NCBI GenBank assembly: GCA_963753595.1
Contig: CAVWCX010000007.1
Coordinates: 32,001 to 96,000, forward strand
From: Candidatus Methanoperedenaceae archaeon
GTDB lineage: Archaea; Halobacteriota; Methanosarcinia; Methanosarcinales; Methanoperedenaceae
Direction of reading: 5' to 3'
DNA length: 64,000 nucleotides
Each line of letters opens with the position of its first letter. The stretch's first letter is position 1. The notes under the pieces were generated by a model that saw only the letters and a list, made by a program, of their open reading frames with translations, was not told the DNA's origin and did no database searches. Of this stretch, positions 1 to 10,842 are shown piece after piece. The translations under genes were made by a program, and so were the position numbers.

Positions 1-570
1 TTCATGTTCGCGGTGACTGTAAGCATTCTTGTGATCGCAATTTACCTTGAGCGAAAAGGAAAGATCAGGGATTATCATACTTTTTTTGGATATGCGGGGG
101 CAGCATGGGCATTATTAAACATCGGCGCGCTGCTGGCGGCTGGCAGTATTGAGAATCCATATCCTGCTGCTGTAATAATGGTTTTAGGCATAGTATCGAC
201 AGGTATTGTATATTTAATATCCCGTCAACTAAATTTCACACTCCTGACAGATAAGGTCAACATATCAATTCTTTTTACCCATCTTCTTGATGCTTCATCA
301 ACATTTATTGGCATGGATTGGCTCAATTATTATGAAAAGCATGTTGCTCCAACATTTTTTATTGACCTTGCGGGCAATTTTACAGATCATCCTTCCTTAG
401 TTATGTTCCCGCTAAAATTGCTGGTATTCATACCAGTTCTATATATGCTTGATAACAAATTAGAAGACGAAAAAGAAAAAAAGCTTATAAGTATAATGAA
501 ACTTGCAATATTAGTGCTGGGGCTTTCTCCTGCTGTCCGGAACACGCTCAGGATCCTTATGGGGGTATAA
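1..570 (+). CDS. DUF63-family multi-pass membrane protein (probably 5'-truncated by window edge)
   Basis: Hydrophobic ORF with HLLDASSTFIG and YYEKH motifs, recalled as typical of archaeal DUF63. Confidence 0.7.
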   Translation, partial: FMFAVTVSILVIAIYLERKGKIRDYHTFFGYAGAAWALLNIGALLAAGSIENPYPAAVIMVLGIVSTGIVYLISRQLNFTLLTDKVNISILFTHLLDASSTFIGMDWLNYYEKHVAPTFFIDLAGNFTDHPSLVMFPLKLLVFIPVLYMLDNKLEDEKEKKLISIMKLAILVLGLSPAVRNTLRILMGV

Positions 571-571
571 A

Positions 572-1156
572 ATGGAAAGAGAATTAAAGTACATCAAATC
601 TTCATGGAAGTACATATTAATAATCACCGGCATTTTCATATTTTCGTTACTTGCAGGATTGCTGGTATCTTTGAAGGATCTGGGACTGTCGGAAAATTAT
701 CTTGAAATTTTAAAAAATTCGTTTGGCTGGATAAAAATTCTTTCCCCGATCGAAATGATGCTTGTTATTTTCCTGAACAATGCTGTTAAAAGCCTTTTTT
801 CGATCGTGCTTGGCGCAGGTTTAGGAATAATTCCCATAATATTCATTGGTGGAAATGGGATTATATTAGGTGTGATCGCGAATGAAGTTTCAAAGCAACA
901 GGGGATCATTTTTGTACTTGCTGCACTTTTGCCGCACGGTATTATAGAAGTTCCTATGGTATTGATCAGCGCTGGCCTGGGACTTCGCCTTGGATATTCT
1001 ATGTATATTTCCATGAAAGGCGAAAAGAGAGATATGAGATATGAGTTAACTGAGAGTTTACATATATTCATGAGAATAATTATGCCCCTCCTGTTCGTTT
1101 CTGCAATGATCGAGACTTTTGTGACACCGTTGGTTGTTTTGTGGGTTTCCGGTTAA
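572..1156 (+). CDS. SpoIIM/DUF95-family membrane protein
   Basis: IFLNN, LLPHGIIE and AMIETFVTP motifs; several TM segments. Confidence 0.85.
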   Translation: MERELKYIKSSWKYILIITGIFIFSLLAGLLVSLKDLGLSENYLEILKNSFGWIKILSPIEMMLVIFLNNAVKSLFSIVLGAGLGIIPIIFIGGNGIILGVIANEVSKQQGIIFVLAALLPHGIIEVPMVLISAGLGLRLGYSMYISMKGEKRDMRYELTESLHIFMRIIMPLLFVSAMIETFVTPLVVLWVSG

Positions 1157-1327
1157 AATCTGGCCATTCATGGTGTTTCAAATAGTTTATTGGTGGCTTT
1201 GATATCTACCATGAATAATAATTAATGATCTCGAAAGTTATATATACTTTTGATTTATAATTATATGAGATTATGGTATTCTATTCCTTTGATGGATAGA
1301 ATTTACATTTGATGGAGGAATTAGATA

Positions 1328-1663
1328 ATGAGTAATAGTAAGACTGCATTAGGTATTGATGAAAATATAGAAGGTCTACTGTGTTATGTTCTGGGATTTA
1401 TAACCGGAATATTATTTCTGGTTCTGGAAAAGGATAATAAATTTGTGAGATTCCATGCAATGCAATCAATAGCGACTTTTCTAATTATTTTTGTGATTTC
1501 AATGGTTATTAGATTTATTCCGGTCATCGGATGGGTGCTCTCACCTATAATTGGATTGGTGGCATTAATTCTCTGGTTATTATTGATGTTCAAGGCATAT
1601 AAAGGAGAGAAATATAAATTACCAATAGCAGGCGATTTTGCAGAAAAGCAGGTCAGTATATAA
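1328..1663 (+). CDS. DUF4870-family small membrane protein
   Basis: FVRFHAMQS and AYKGEKYKLPIAG motifs; GGAGG RBS upstream. Confidence 0.8.
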   Translation: MSNSKTALGIDENIEGLLCYVLGFITGILFLVLEKDNKFVRFHAMQSIATFLIIFVISMVIRFIPVIGWVLSPIIGLVALILWLLLMFKAYKGEKYKLPIAGDFAEKQVSI

Positions 1664-1703
1664 TTTGAATTATCCGGCCTGATAATTTTTTAATCCGATA
1701 TTG

Positions 1704-1750
1704 CGCCGGGGTTGCGACCCCAGACCCCGGTGAGGCGCCGCCGATGGCGG
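1704..1750. repeat. GC-rich double hairpin in AT-rich intergenic DNA (REP/MITE-like)
   Basis: CCGGGG...CCCCGG stem with internal GGGGT-tgcg-ACCCC, followed by CCGCC-gat-GGCGG. Confidence 0.45.
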
Positions 1751-1917
1751 AGTTTAACATGATATGAACGGTTAAAGAATAGACATCACTCCACACTTGT
1801 AAGAGAAATCGAGAAAAATAAATAGTATCTGCTGTACACCAAACTTTTTGACAACCTCTAAAATCAGTATTTTTCAGGTGTCATCATATATATACTTCCA
1901 TCACCAACTCAGGAACC

Positions 1918-3792
1918 ATGCCCCATTATCTTGGCGAACTCCTGTTATACTGGTGTCCTGCCTGCAATCTTCCAGTGCTTGGAAAAACCTGTGATTGCGG
2001 CGAGGTTACAAAAAAAATCGAAATAACACCTCCGGGTGACATAAGACCAGCTTTCCCGTATGATATAGACCTCATCAACAGGGCAACAGAGAAACAATTT
2101 GGCCTCAAACTCATTCCCGAAGGCCATCTTGTAGTCCTGAACAAGGCCCCTTATGAAGACAGGATGGATGAAGTGATTTTTGACGGCGCTATCATGGGTT
2201 CTATCCGCTTTGAACTTGAGAAAATGGATTGGGTATTCATTCCCAGGCTTGAGGGGGCAAGGCGTCTTGTTAATGGGACAAAATGCATAGTTATTGATAA
2301 AGGCGCTGTTAATTTTATTATGAAAGGTGCATCTGTGCTTGCTCCGGGTGTTAACGATGCCAATCCCGGAATTGTTGAGGAAGACGAGGTAATTATCCTG
2401 ACGCCTGAAAATGAAGTGATAGCCACGGGCAGGGCAAGGATGAGCGCGCAAAGGATGCTCACTCATGAAAAGGGAATGGCTGTAAAAACACGGTGGCACG
2501 ATAAACCACGAGATTTAGAGCAGCCAGGGGAACAGGCAAAAACATGGGATGATGCCGTCCAGGCAAATATCCAGATTCTTCGGAAAAAGGAAGAAAAGGC
2601 ACACAGTTTCATAAAAAACGTGGTTGAGACCCAAAAAAAACCTGTGACAGTTTCATTTTCCGGCGGAAAAGACAGTCTTGTAACGCTGCTTCTTGTGCGT
2701 GATACATTAACGGAATTTGATATCCTGTTCGCTGATACTGGCCTGGAATTTTCTGAAACCGTGGATAATGTGAAACAAACCGCAAAGGAGCTTTCTTTGC
2801 CCTTGAAAATCCATTCATCAGGTGATTCTTTCTGGCAGTCAATAGATAATTTCGGGCCGCCCACCGTGGAAGCAAGATGGTGCTGCAAAGTATGCAAGCT
2901 CGGTGCGATCACTCAGGTCATCGAACAGAACTATGAGAACGGATGCCTCACATTTATCGGGCAGAGAAAATACGAAAGCCAGATAAGGGCCAACAGCGAG
3001 CATATCTGGAAAAACCCTTCTGTCGGGAACCAGATAGGAGCTACCCCGATCCAGAACTGGACTGCGCTTCATGTCTGGCTCTACCTTTTCTGGAAAAAAG
3101 CAAAATACAATCCACTCTATGAAGAGGGATTTGACAGGATCGGATGCTGGCTTTGCCCTTCGGCAAGCATGGCTGATTTCTCAAGATTGTCCCAGATACA
3201 TCCTGAATTGAGTGAAAAGCTTGAAAAATACCTAAAAAGTTATGCCTCCCGCAACGGATTATCCGATGAATGGGTAAAATACGGCTTCTGGCGCTGGCAG
3301 GTCCTTCCTAAATCAATAGGCATGATCGCGGAAAAGCTGGGGATCAACATTATCCCGACAAGTGAAAAAAAACCCGCGCAATTCACATTGACCTCAGGAT
3401 ACCGCCCATGCAAAGCAGGAGGCATCACCGCAGAAGGAAGTTTCGGGACGCCTTTGAATCTTTCACTTATTGAAGAATCAGGTTTCATGAACCTGATAGG
3501 TGAAACAAATTCAATTGACGGTGTGATCCTTGCATCGCGAGATGAGAATAATGTTCATGTATATGCAAGCGGGACAGTGGTAGCAAGAGGCGGGAATGAA
3601 GATGAAGCCAGGGAATTAATCCAGCTTGCAGAGAAGACGATACGCAGGGCGGTATTATGCACCGGCTGCGGCGTGTGTGTGGGTAAGTGCACGGCGCGGG
3701 CGGTAAGCGTTAATGGGACTGCAAGGATAAGTGAGAAATGCACCAGGTGCGGAAAATGCACATGGTCATGTCCTGTGGTGAAGTTCGGGTAA
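1918..3792 (+). CDS. PAPS reductase-family protein with PUA domain and C-terminal 2[4Fe-4S] ferredoxin
   Basis: SFSGGKDS PP-loop, RWCCKVCK, RIGCWLCP, PUA-like GASVLAPGV, two CxxCxxCxxxC motifs. Confidence 0.9.
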   Translation: MPHYLGELLLYWCPACNLPVLGKTCDCGEVTKKIEITPPGDIRPAFPYDIDLINRATEKQFGLKLIPEGHLVVLNKAPYEDRMDEVIFDGAIMGSIRFELEKMDWVFIPRLEGARRLVNGTKCIVIDKGAVNFIMKGASVLAPGVNDANPGIVEEDEVIILTPENEVIATGRARMSAQRMLTHEKGMAVKTRWHDKPRDLEQPGEQAKTWDDAVQANIQILRKKEEKAHSFIKNVVETQKKPVTVSFSGGKDSLVTLLLVRDTLTEFDILFADTGLEFSETVDNVKQTAKELSLPLKIHSSGDSFWQSIDNFGPPTVEARWCCKVCKLGAITQVIEQNYENGCLTFIGQRKYESQIRANSEHIWKNPSVGNQIGATPIQNWTALHVWLYLFWKKAKYNPLYEEGFDRIGCWLCPSASMADFSRLSQIHPELSEKLEKYLKSYASRNGLSDEWVKYGFWRWQVLPKSIGMIAEKLGINIIPTSEKKPAQFTLTSGYRPCKAGGITAEGSFGTPLNLSLIEESGFMNLIGETNSIDGVILASRDENNVHVYASGTVVARGGNEDEARELIQLAEKTIRRAVLCTGCGVCVGKCTARAVSVNGTARISEKCTRCGKCTWSCPVVKFG

Positions 3793-3873
3793 TATTTGCA
3801 GTTAATTTATTTGTAAAAACATTTAATAACCATTAATTACTAATATTGTCTAAAATAGTAATTATTAGTAATC

Positions 3874-5199
3874 ATGAGAATTCCTGAAAAACCACCGTCA
3901 TCCCAAATTGAAGATAACGAGTTTGATGAGATTAAAAAATACATGGGGAACGACGCATACAAGCAAGCGATTTTAGATATCTATAATAGATATTTGTACT
4001 GGTCAGAATTAAAGCATAAAACGATTTCTCAACAAATCAGACCTGAAATTTTATGGAAAATAACTAAAATCGCGAGAAATTCTCACCCCGAAATAATTAA
4101 ATTAGATATTAATGGGTTTGAATTCAGATATAATTTGACGCCATATATTTACAGAAAACTCCATGAATTTGATCTAAATTTAGGGGGAAAACTTGAAGGA
4201 GATATTATCCCGGAAGAAAATAAGAAGCAATATTTGATCGATTCGATCATGGAAGAAGCAATTGCCTCAAGCCAGTTGGAGGGGGCGGTTACTACAAGGG
4301 AACGGGCAAAATCTATGCTGAGGCAGGAAAGAAAACCAGGAAATAAATCCGAAAAAATGATCCTGAATAATTATAATACTATTAAAAAAATAAAACCATT
4401 AAAAAATAAAAAGCTTACTCCCGGATTAATTCGCGAAATACATGCCTCTATCACAAAAGATACCCTGGATGATCCATGCAATGAAGGAAAATATCGAACT
4501 GCAAACGATATTTCTGTTGTCAATTCAAAAGGAGATATTGTTTATCATCCGCCAGACCATCAAAATATTGATAGATTGATGGATGTCTTCTGTAATTTTG
4601 CAAATGAAAGTGACGAGACAAGGTTCATTCATCCAATAATTAGAGCTTCCATATTGCATTTCCTGATCGGGTATATTCATCCTTTTGTTGATGGGAATGG
4701 AAGAACAGCACGAGCGATTTTCTATTGGTACCTCCTTTCAAGAGATTACTGGTTAATAGAGTATATGTCTATTTCAAGAATTATTATCAAATCCCGTGCA
4801 CAATATGCCAGAGCATATTTATATTCCGAATTTGATGAAAATGATCTTACATATTTCATAATATATCAGATAAAAACAACAGAATCGGCATTTCAGGATC
4901 TTAAGAATTATATTGCCAGGAAAATCCATGAAAAAACTGAACTTTATGATTTCAGGAAAATAAAAAATATAAATGAAAGACAAATTTACATATTAAAATT
5001 TTTATCAGATAATGCTAAATTTACATTTACAATAAAGGAGATACAAAATAGATTTAACACTGCTTATGAAACAGCAAGAAAAGACATTATGGGTCTGGAA
5101 GATAAGGGTCTATTAGAAAAATCAACATCCGGAAAAAAGAAACTGGTTTATTATCGCTCATCAGGATTTGACGAGATTCTCAAAAAATTAATTCATTAA
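3874..5199 (+). CDS. Fic family protein with C-terminal HTH
   Basis: Canonical Fic motif HPFVDGNGRTAR; SSQLEG inhibitory-helix-like motif; AT-rich. Confidence 0.92.
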   Translation: MRIPEKPPSSQIEDNEFDEIKKYMGNDAYKQAILDIYNRYLYWSELKHKTISQQIRPEILWKITKIARNSHPEIIKLDINGFEFRYNLTPYIYRKLHEFDLNLGGKLEGDIIPEENKKQYLIDSIMEEAIASSQLEGAVTTRERAKSMLRQERKPGNKSEKMILNNYNTIKKIKPLKNKKLTPGLIREIHASITKDTLDDPCNEGKYRTANDISVVNSKGDIVYHPPDHQNIDRLMDVFCNFANESDETRFIHPIIRASILHFLIGYIHPFVDGNGRTARAIFYWYLLSRDYWLIEYMSISRIIIKSRAQYARAYLYSEFDENDLTYFIIYQIKTTESAFQDLKNYIARKIHEKTELYDFRKIKNINERQIYILKFLSDNAKFTFTIKEIQNRFNTAYETARKDIMGLEDKGLLEKSTSGKKKLVYYRSSGFDEILKKLIH

Positions 5200-5200
5200 A

Positions 5201-7165
5201 TTATAGTTCCTTCACCCTCGACTCACCCGGCGGCAGGAACATCGCTATCCTGTCCGGCGAAGCTATCGTTTTAATAAGCTTTTTGTCCTCGAACTTATCA
5301 TTGAGCAAACGGTATATCTTCTTTGAAATGTCATTCTGGTTGAACCCGCCAGGCTCAACCTGCAGGACGAATTGGGCTGTTTTCTTAACTGCGCTCACAG
5401 GTCCTCCGATCAGCCTTTTCTCCTCGCCAAGCTCAAGACCAAGCGCCGCGCCCAGCATTATATCCTTGAAATAATTTCGCTTTCCGCGTATCACGAAAGC
5501 GCCTTTTGCCACATACTCACCTGATTCAGGTGTCTTTGATATCTGCTCAGGGAGCACCCAGTAGGCATCCCCGCTTACCTGCCCTGATTTCCAGATGCCG
5601 GAATATGAAACCGTGAACTGTGCGGCTTCAAGGAGTGTGGTTTCAGGCACCTCTTTTCCTTCTGTTTTAATTACAACAGCAGGCGAGCCTGAAACATGGG
5701 CATGGAAGAAAATATCCTTTTTCTGGAGATATTTTTTCACGATATCCTCGTTACTCTGGGCATCCCTTCCCCCCACAACAAGGAACCCATCAGATGAGAA
5801 AAACCACCTGAATTGCTCAAACCACTTCTGTTTTGGTTTCTGGATCTTCTTATTTATTCTGGGGGCTTCTTTTTTCCCTGTCAATTTCTTTGTTTCTTCT
5901 ATTGCAGTAAGCGCTCCTTTTATCTTTCCTGATAATTTTTTTGACCTGTCGTAATAGACCTGGGAATTCTGGGTTACAGGGAGCCGGACATCAAGTTCTA
6001 CTTCCTCATTACCCAGCATCACGTTTATCAGGCCTTTTCCCTGATTAATGGATTTTAATATTTTTGCTTCAGGCATATCAGATTGTTTCAATATGTTCTT
6101 GATATCATCCCATGAATACCCTTTCTCTCTGGCATTATTGATGACCTTTAAGATCCCATCGCATGTCTGGTAATGCGCATAGATCAATTCCCCTTTATGA
6201 ACAAGCTTCTGCTCATCTTCCCTGAATTTGGCCAGAGTCAGGATCTGTTTCTGGAGCCGGTATTCGTATGAACTTGTTTTTTCTTCCTTTGCTGCTTTTA
6301 CAACTTTGACAGCTTCGTTTTTCTTTTTTGCCTCGCTGCTGAAATATTCATCAAGCGCCTCATTGAAGGTGGTAAAAGATATCTTTTCGTTTTTCTCATA
6401 CAGTGAGATCGGGAAAGGAAGCACATCTATTTTTATCCCGTCTTTCAGGATAATTTGTGGTTTAAGTTCTGTGCTTAGCGGTTTAAAAACATCTGTTAAC
6501 GCATTTTGCAGCGAAGCCAGGTCTTTTATATCCCTCGCAGGGGTATTTTTTTCAATACCGGCCCGAATGCACAGCTCTTCTGCATACTGGCCTCCCAGGT
6601 TCATTTTTGTTGCCACTGTCCTGACGATGTCCGCATCAGAATGCGCGAACATTTCTTTCAGTTGCTCCTTGGTTGCAGTGATCGGACTGATCTGTGCTGC
6701 AGGTAACTCATAAGGCTCGCCTCCACGGACTTTCCTGTCCCTGAAGCTTATGGATTTTAATGGCAGTATTATCTGCTTTCCAGAGTTCAATAAAACGATA
6801 TTTCCCCTGGAAAATAGTTCTATGATGAGGATGGTCTTATCCTCGCCGCGCTGGATATGCATCTCGATTATCCTGTCAAAATCATACTGTGAAACGTCTG
6901 TTATCCTCCCTCCTGTCAGGTGTTTACGCAGAAGCATCGGGAATGACTGCGGGAACTTCGGGGCTATCTCAGGGTTTTTCGTAAGATGAAAGCGTTTTCC
7001 TGCTTCAATGACAAGATTTGTCCTTCCTTCTTTGAAAATATGTAGTCCTATCCGTATCTCATCCGGTGAATGCTGGTATATCTTTGTGATCTTGGCATCA
7101 AGAAGACGGGGATGCAACTCCCTTACCAGCGCTGCAACGTCCACGCTTGACATTTCCTGTTTCAT
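5201..7165 (-). CDS. rqcH: Ribosome quality-control protein RqcH (NEMF/FbpA, NFACT)
   Basis: MSSVDV N-terminus, QYDFDRI, WFEQFRWF, GGRDAQSNE, FFHAH, KTPESGEY motifs. Confidence 0.92.
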   Translation of the reverse strand: MKQEMSSVDVAALVRELHPRLLDAKITKIYQHSPDEIRIGLHIFKEGRTNLVIEAGKRFHLTKNPEIAPKFPQSFPMLLRKHLTGGRITDVSQYDFDRIIEMHIQRGEDKTILIIELFSRGNIVLLNSGKQIILPLKSISFRDRKVRGGEPYELPAAQISPITATKEQLKEMFAHSDADIVRTVATKMNLGGQYAEELCIRAGIEKNTPARDIKDLASLQNALTDVFKPLSTELKPQIILKDGIKIDVLPFPISLYEKNEKISFTTFNEALDEYFSSEAKKKNEAVKVVKAAKEEKTSSYEYRLQKQILTLAKFREDEQKLVHKGELIYAHYQTCDGILKVINNAREKGYSWDDIKNILKQSDMPEAKILKSINQGKGLINVMLGNEEVELDVRLPVTQNSQVYYDRSKKLSGKIKGALTAIEETKKLTGKKEAPRINKKIQKPKQKWFEQFRWFFSSDGFLVVGGRDAQSNEDIVKKYLQKKDIFFHAHVSGSPAVVIKTEGKEVPETTLLEAAQFTVSYSGIWKSGQVSGDAYWVLPEQISKTPESGEYVAKGAFVIRGKRNYFKDIMLGAALGLELGEEKRLIGGPVSAVKKTAQFVLQVEPGGFNQNDISKKIYRLLNDKFEDKKLIKTIASPDRIAMFLPPGESRVKEL

Positions 7166-7205
7166 GTAAGTGGGCTATATGAAGGGGATGTTAATTTAAG
7201 CTTGT

Positions 7206-7231
7206 CATCAAAAATCTGCGGATTTTTGATG
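7206..7231. repeat. 11-bp perfect inverted repeat in the rqcH upstream region
   Basis: CATCAAAAATC-tgcg-GATTTTTGATG. Confidence 0.5.
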
Positions 7232-7424
7232 TTTGTTGGGGCAATGACTACAGGTGCATTTTCTTTATCTGGTCTTTTGCTTTTCGGGCTTCGTTTTCAA
7301 GACCGATTTTCTCAAATATTTCGAGAGCTTTTTGTGTCGAATTAAACCGTCTCAAAAAATCGGTAATTTCAAATAACATCACTTAACATATCTCCATATA
7401 TCAATATACTCCAGAGCCAAATTT

Positions 7425-7982
7425 ATGCCCCGTCTTCCCCCAAACCAGCGCCTTACAACTGATTTTCCAGTCCTTCATTTTGGAAAAGTACCGGAATTCG
7501 ATAGCAAGACATGGGATTTCCGTGTTGAAGGGCTTGTTGAAAATCCAGTCAGGCTGACATACGATGAATTACTCGCGCTTGAAAAAACGGTGGATGTAAG
7601 CGACTTTCACTGTGTGACAGGATGGAGCCGGTTTGAAAATAAATGGGAGGGCATTCGATTCAGTGACTTGGTAAAACTTGTAAGGCCAAAAGAAAATGCC
7701 CGGTTCGCCACGATTGAGGCTGACGGTGGATACACAACCAGCCTGCCACTTTCGGAACTCATGGAGCATGATGTCATTCTTGCATACAATTTTGAGGGAA
7801 AGCCCCTTGAACCCTTACATGGAGGGCCGCTTCGGCTTGTTGTCCCGAAAAAATACGCTTATAAGAGCGCAAAATGGGTAAGAAGAGTTGTATTCACGCA
7901 AGAACAGGAATTGGGCTTCTGGGAGCAGAGGGGGTACAGCGACAGCGCAGACCCATGGAAAGAGGAGAGGTATTCGTATTAA
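7425..7982 (+). CDS. Sulfite oxidase-like molybdopterin oxidoreductase
   Basis: DFHCVTGWS, HGGPLRLVVP, YKSAKWV, GFWEQRGY motifs. Confidence 0.92.
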   Translation: MPRLPPNQRLTTDFPVLHFGKVPEFDSKTWDFRVEGLVENPVRLTYDELLALEKTVDVSDFHCVTGWSRFENKWEGIRFSDLVKLVRPKENARFATIEADGGYTTSLPLSELMEHDVILAYNFEGKPLEPLHGGPLRLVVPKKYAYKSAKWVRRVVFTQEQELGFWEQRGYSDSADPWKEERYSY

Positions 7983-8003
7983 ACTGAAGTATTATGATTG
8001 ACT

Positions 8004-8228
8004 TTAACTTGTATTTTCTGCGGTTGCATGTTGTAATTTCTGATGTTTTGCAATAAGTTCCCTGACTGTTGAAACTAACTGAACCGGAATTTCCATTGCA
8101 GTTTGGGTTCTGTTCTTGAAAGCAGCTTCATCTTCTTCCGTAGCTTCTTCCTGGGTTTGTTTTTCATAATGAGAAATAACCGTCTTTACCCTATTCTCGT
8201 CCCAGCCTTTTGGAAGTTTACTTTTCAT
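8004..8228 (-). CDS. Putative antitoxin partner of the adjacent toxin-like ORF
   Basis: 74 aa; start overlaps upstream ORF stop (ATGA); two-small-gene layout. Confidence 0.55.
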   Translation of the reverse strand: MKSKLPKGWDENRVKTVISHYEKQTQEEATEEDEAAFKNRTQTAMEIPVQLVSTVRELIAKHQKLQHATAENTS

Positions 8229-8506
8229 TTTTTCTTTTGACTCCTGCGTTTATATGCAATTAATGGTTTGCCTATTAAATCAAAGGCAGTAATTATAAAA
8301 ATACTTTTTGGTTCATGATCAAGAACATAAACAACCCTCAAATAACGTCCGGCGCGGGTTTGACCAATAGCTACCCTTGAACCATCTTTACCTGAGCGAT
8401 CTTCTCCTGGCTTCAATAAAACATCTTCTACTTCATCTTCAGATACATTATGGTTATAGATATGGGGCCGACCTGTTTCCGGATCGATGTAGTAACGGAT
8501 GTTCAT
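8225..8506 (-). CDS. BrnT/DUF4258-like (RelE-fold) toxin
   Basis: H.V...EVEDVL, AIGQTRAGRYLRVVY, IITA motifs. Confidence 0.7.
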   Translation of the reverse strand: MNIRYYIDPETGRPHIYNHNVSEDEVEDVLLKPGEDRSGKDGSRVAIGQTRAGRYLRVVYVLDHEPKSIFIITAFDLIGKPLIAYKRRSQKKK

Positions 8507-8533
8507 ATGTTAACCTTTATTATATTATTGATG

Positions 8534-9064
8534 TCATTTTCCATGCAACAATTCGCTTATCCTCACAAGTGGTATTAGTTCAACACCCTCATCCGCAAGT
8601 GCTTCCGTCGCTCCTTCCTCGCGGTCAACAACCACTATTACATGTCGGATAACAAGACCCTCTTCCTTTAAAAGTTTGATCGCTTTCAAAACAGAACCAC
8701 CAGTCGTGGCGACATCTTCAACCATGAGAACAGTGCTGTTTTTGATAAAATCCCCTACAATCTGCCCTTTTGTTCCGTATTTCTTGGCTTCTTTCCTGAT
8801 TATTATAAGCGGCAGGTCAGTTTCAAGTGATACTGCGACAGCTATCGGAACGCCCCCAAGAGCGACACATCCTATATAATCAGCTTTAGTTGAGTGCTGC
8901 TTTATCATTCCAGAAATTTCATGAGCGATCTGTTTCAGGATGCGGGGAGATGCGCTTGCTTTTTTGATATCGATATAATATTTGCTCTTCTTTCCGGATG
9001 CAAGGGTAAAATCCCCGAATTTAATTGCTCCGCATTCTTTCAGGGAATCTGTAAGTGATGTCAT
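8534..9064 (-). CDS. pyrE: Orotate phosphoribosyltransferase
   Basis: FGDFTLASGKKSKYYID, PRPP motif VEDVATTGGS; start moved to ATG overlapping carS stop (TAATG). Confidence 0.95.
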   Translation of the reverse strand: MTSLTDSLKECGAIKFGDFTLASGKKSKYYIDIKKASASPRILKQIAHEISGMIKQHSTKADYIGCVALGGVPIAVAVSLETDLPLIIIRKEAKKYGTKGQIVGDFIKNSTVLMVEDVATTGGSVLKAIKLLKEEGLVIRHVIVVVDREEGATEALADEGVELIPLVRISELLHGK

Positions 9065-9624
9065 TACCATGGCTCCTTTTTTAATCTGGCATAATATCCT
9101 ATAATATTTGTCAACCGATGCAAAAGCGGTGTGAATAGAACAACAGTTACCATTATCCACGGCTCTGCAAGAAACTTCTCTGAAAACCACACAGGGTCAA
9201 ATGCGTATGTTAAGATCCAGGCGCCAGCCACAAAATCAAGCTGGTCAACAAGAGGAAATTTTGCACCGCGTTCAAACCCAAGCCTTCTTTTAAAAAAACT
9301 TTTTGTCATATCACCAATGAGAGCGCCAAAAGACAGCATTAATATCGATATAAAAGTGAACGTCCCGAGATATTGCAGTGACGTGACCTGCATCTGGATA
9401 AGACCTATGATAACTCCGCAAATCGTACCCCCGATAAGGCCGCGAAATGTCTTGCCGTCACCAAATATCCTTCGGCCGTCTTTCCAGTTCTTCCCCAGGT
9501 CAATGGGTGTCCCGCCCCCGAAAACAACAGCAGTCGGATTTGCAAGATATGCCGGAAGCATCAACCATGAAGCTTTCAGGATCAATCCGAAAATAATTAC
9601 AATAATTTCAAACATCAGCCTCAC
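9064..9624 (-). CDS. carS: CDP-2,3-bis-(O-geranylgeranyl)-sn-glycerol (CDP-archaeol) synthase
   Basis: [32 protein letters not shown] motifs. Confidence 0.92.
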   Translation of the reverse strand: MRLMFEIIVIIFGLILKASWLMLPAYLANPTAVVFGGGTPIDLGKNWKDGRRIFGDGKTFRGLIGGTICGVIIGLIQMQVTSLQYLGTFTFISILMLSFGALIGDMTKSFFKRRLGFERGAKFPLVDQLDFVAGAWILTYAFDPVWFSEKFLAEPWIMVTVVLFTPLLHRLTNIIGYYARLKKEPW

Positions 9625-10079
9625 TGCTCATGGATTACAGGCGTAAATTTCTCAACTTTAACACCTGCTTTATCAAAAAAAACCAGGGATTCCTTATCCG
9701 GATATACCGTTCCGAATACGACTTTTTCGATCCTTGAATTGATCAGCATCTTTGCGCACAAGATGCACGGCTGGTGGGTACAATAAACCGTTGCGTTCTC
9801 TATACTTACACCGTGAAGCGCAGCCTGGATAATTGCATTTTGCTCAGCATGGACGGCGCGGCACAGTTCATGACGTGTCCCTGATGCGATATTGTTCTGC
9901 TGTCTTATGCACCCTATGTCAAGACAGTGTTCAAGGTTCCTCGGCGCTCCGTTATAACCTGTGGAAAGTATCCTCTTATCCTTCACTATTACCGCCCCTA
10001 CCTGGTTCCTGAGGCATGTGGAGCGTTTCGCAACGATCGTGGCTATTTCCATGAAATATTCATCCAGTGTTGGTCGCAT
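9621..10079 (-). CDS. dCMP deaminase family protein
   Basis: RP..DEYF N-terminus, HAEQNA and PCILC Zn motifs; start moved to MRPT. Confidence 0.92.
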   Translation of the reverse strand: MRPTLDEYFMEIATIVAKRSTCLRNQVGAVIVKDKRILSTGYNGAPRNLEHCLDIGCIRQQNNIASGTRHELCRAVHAEQNAIIQAALHGVSIENATVYCTHQPCILCAKMLINSRIEKVVFGTVYPDKESLVFFDKAGVKVEKFTPVIHEQ

Positions 10080-10138
10080 CGGCGATAAATAACCATCAAA
10101 CGATAAATATTTACTGCTTAAAGAATCAATTGTCCAAT

Positions 10139-10828
10139 ATGAAATCCATCGTTTTACTTTCATCTGGTCTGGATTCCACTGTCGCCTTCAAAGAAGCATA
10201 TGACATAAGTGATGAGATCTTGTGCGTGACTTTTGACTACGGCCAGAAAGCAAGAGAAAAAGAGCTCTCATTTGCAAAAACGATTTGTGAACGATTTAAA
10301 GCAGGACACATTGTCATAGAACTTCCATGGTACAAGTCATTCCGGGGTGCACTGACAGGAGGAAGCGCCCTGCCAATAATATCAGGACATGAACTCGACA
10401 ATAAGGAAGTTACGAAAAAATCAGCGGAAATAGTATGGGTACCCGCGCGTAATGTTGTTTTTCTTTCAATAGGTGCAGCCCTTGCCGAGAATTATAAATA
10501 TGACACCATCGTCACAGGTTTTGATATCGAGGAAGCTGCAACGTTTCCGGACAATACGATCGAATTTGTAGGGCGTTTCAATAAGATGTTAGAATTCGGA
10601 ACTCTCACCAAAACTTCGGTCTATGCTCCCCTGATATCCATGAATAAATCTGATATCGTAAAGCGAGGTCTTGAAATAGGAGCACCTCTTGAATGGTCAT
10701 GGTCATGTTACGAAGGATCAGAAAAACCATGCGGAACATGTGAATCCTGTCTCAGGAGAAAACGCGCATTTGAAATTTCCGGTACAAAAGATCCTTTACT
10801 TGAAAGATTAGAGGCAGTGTTTCCATAA
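10139..10828 (+). CDS. queC: 7-cyano-7-deazaguanine synthase
   Basis: SSGLDS, FDYGQ, VPARN, SWSCY...CGTCESC motifs; start moved to MKSIV. Confidence 0.93.
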   Translation: MKSIVLLSSGLDSTVAFKEAYDISDEILCVTFDYGQKAREKELSFAKTICERFKAGHIVIELPWYKSFRGALTGGSALPIISGHELDNKEVTKKSAEIVWVPARNVVFLSIGAALAENYKYDTIVTGFDIEEAATFPDNTIEFVGRFNKMLEFGTLTKTSVYAPLISMNKSDIVKRGLEIGAPLEWSWSCYEGSEKPCGTCESCLRRKRAFEISGTKDPLLERLEAVFP

Positions 10829-10842
10829 TTTGAACTGAATAT

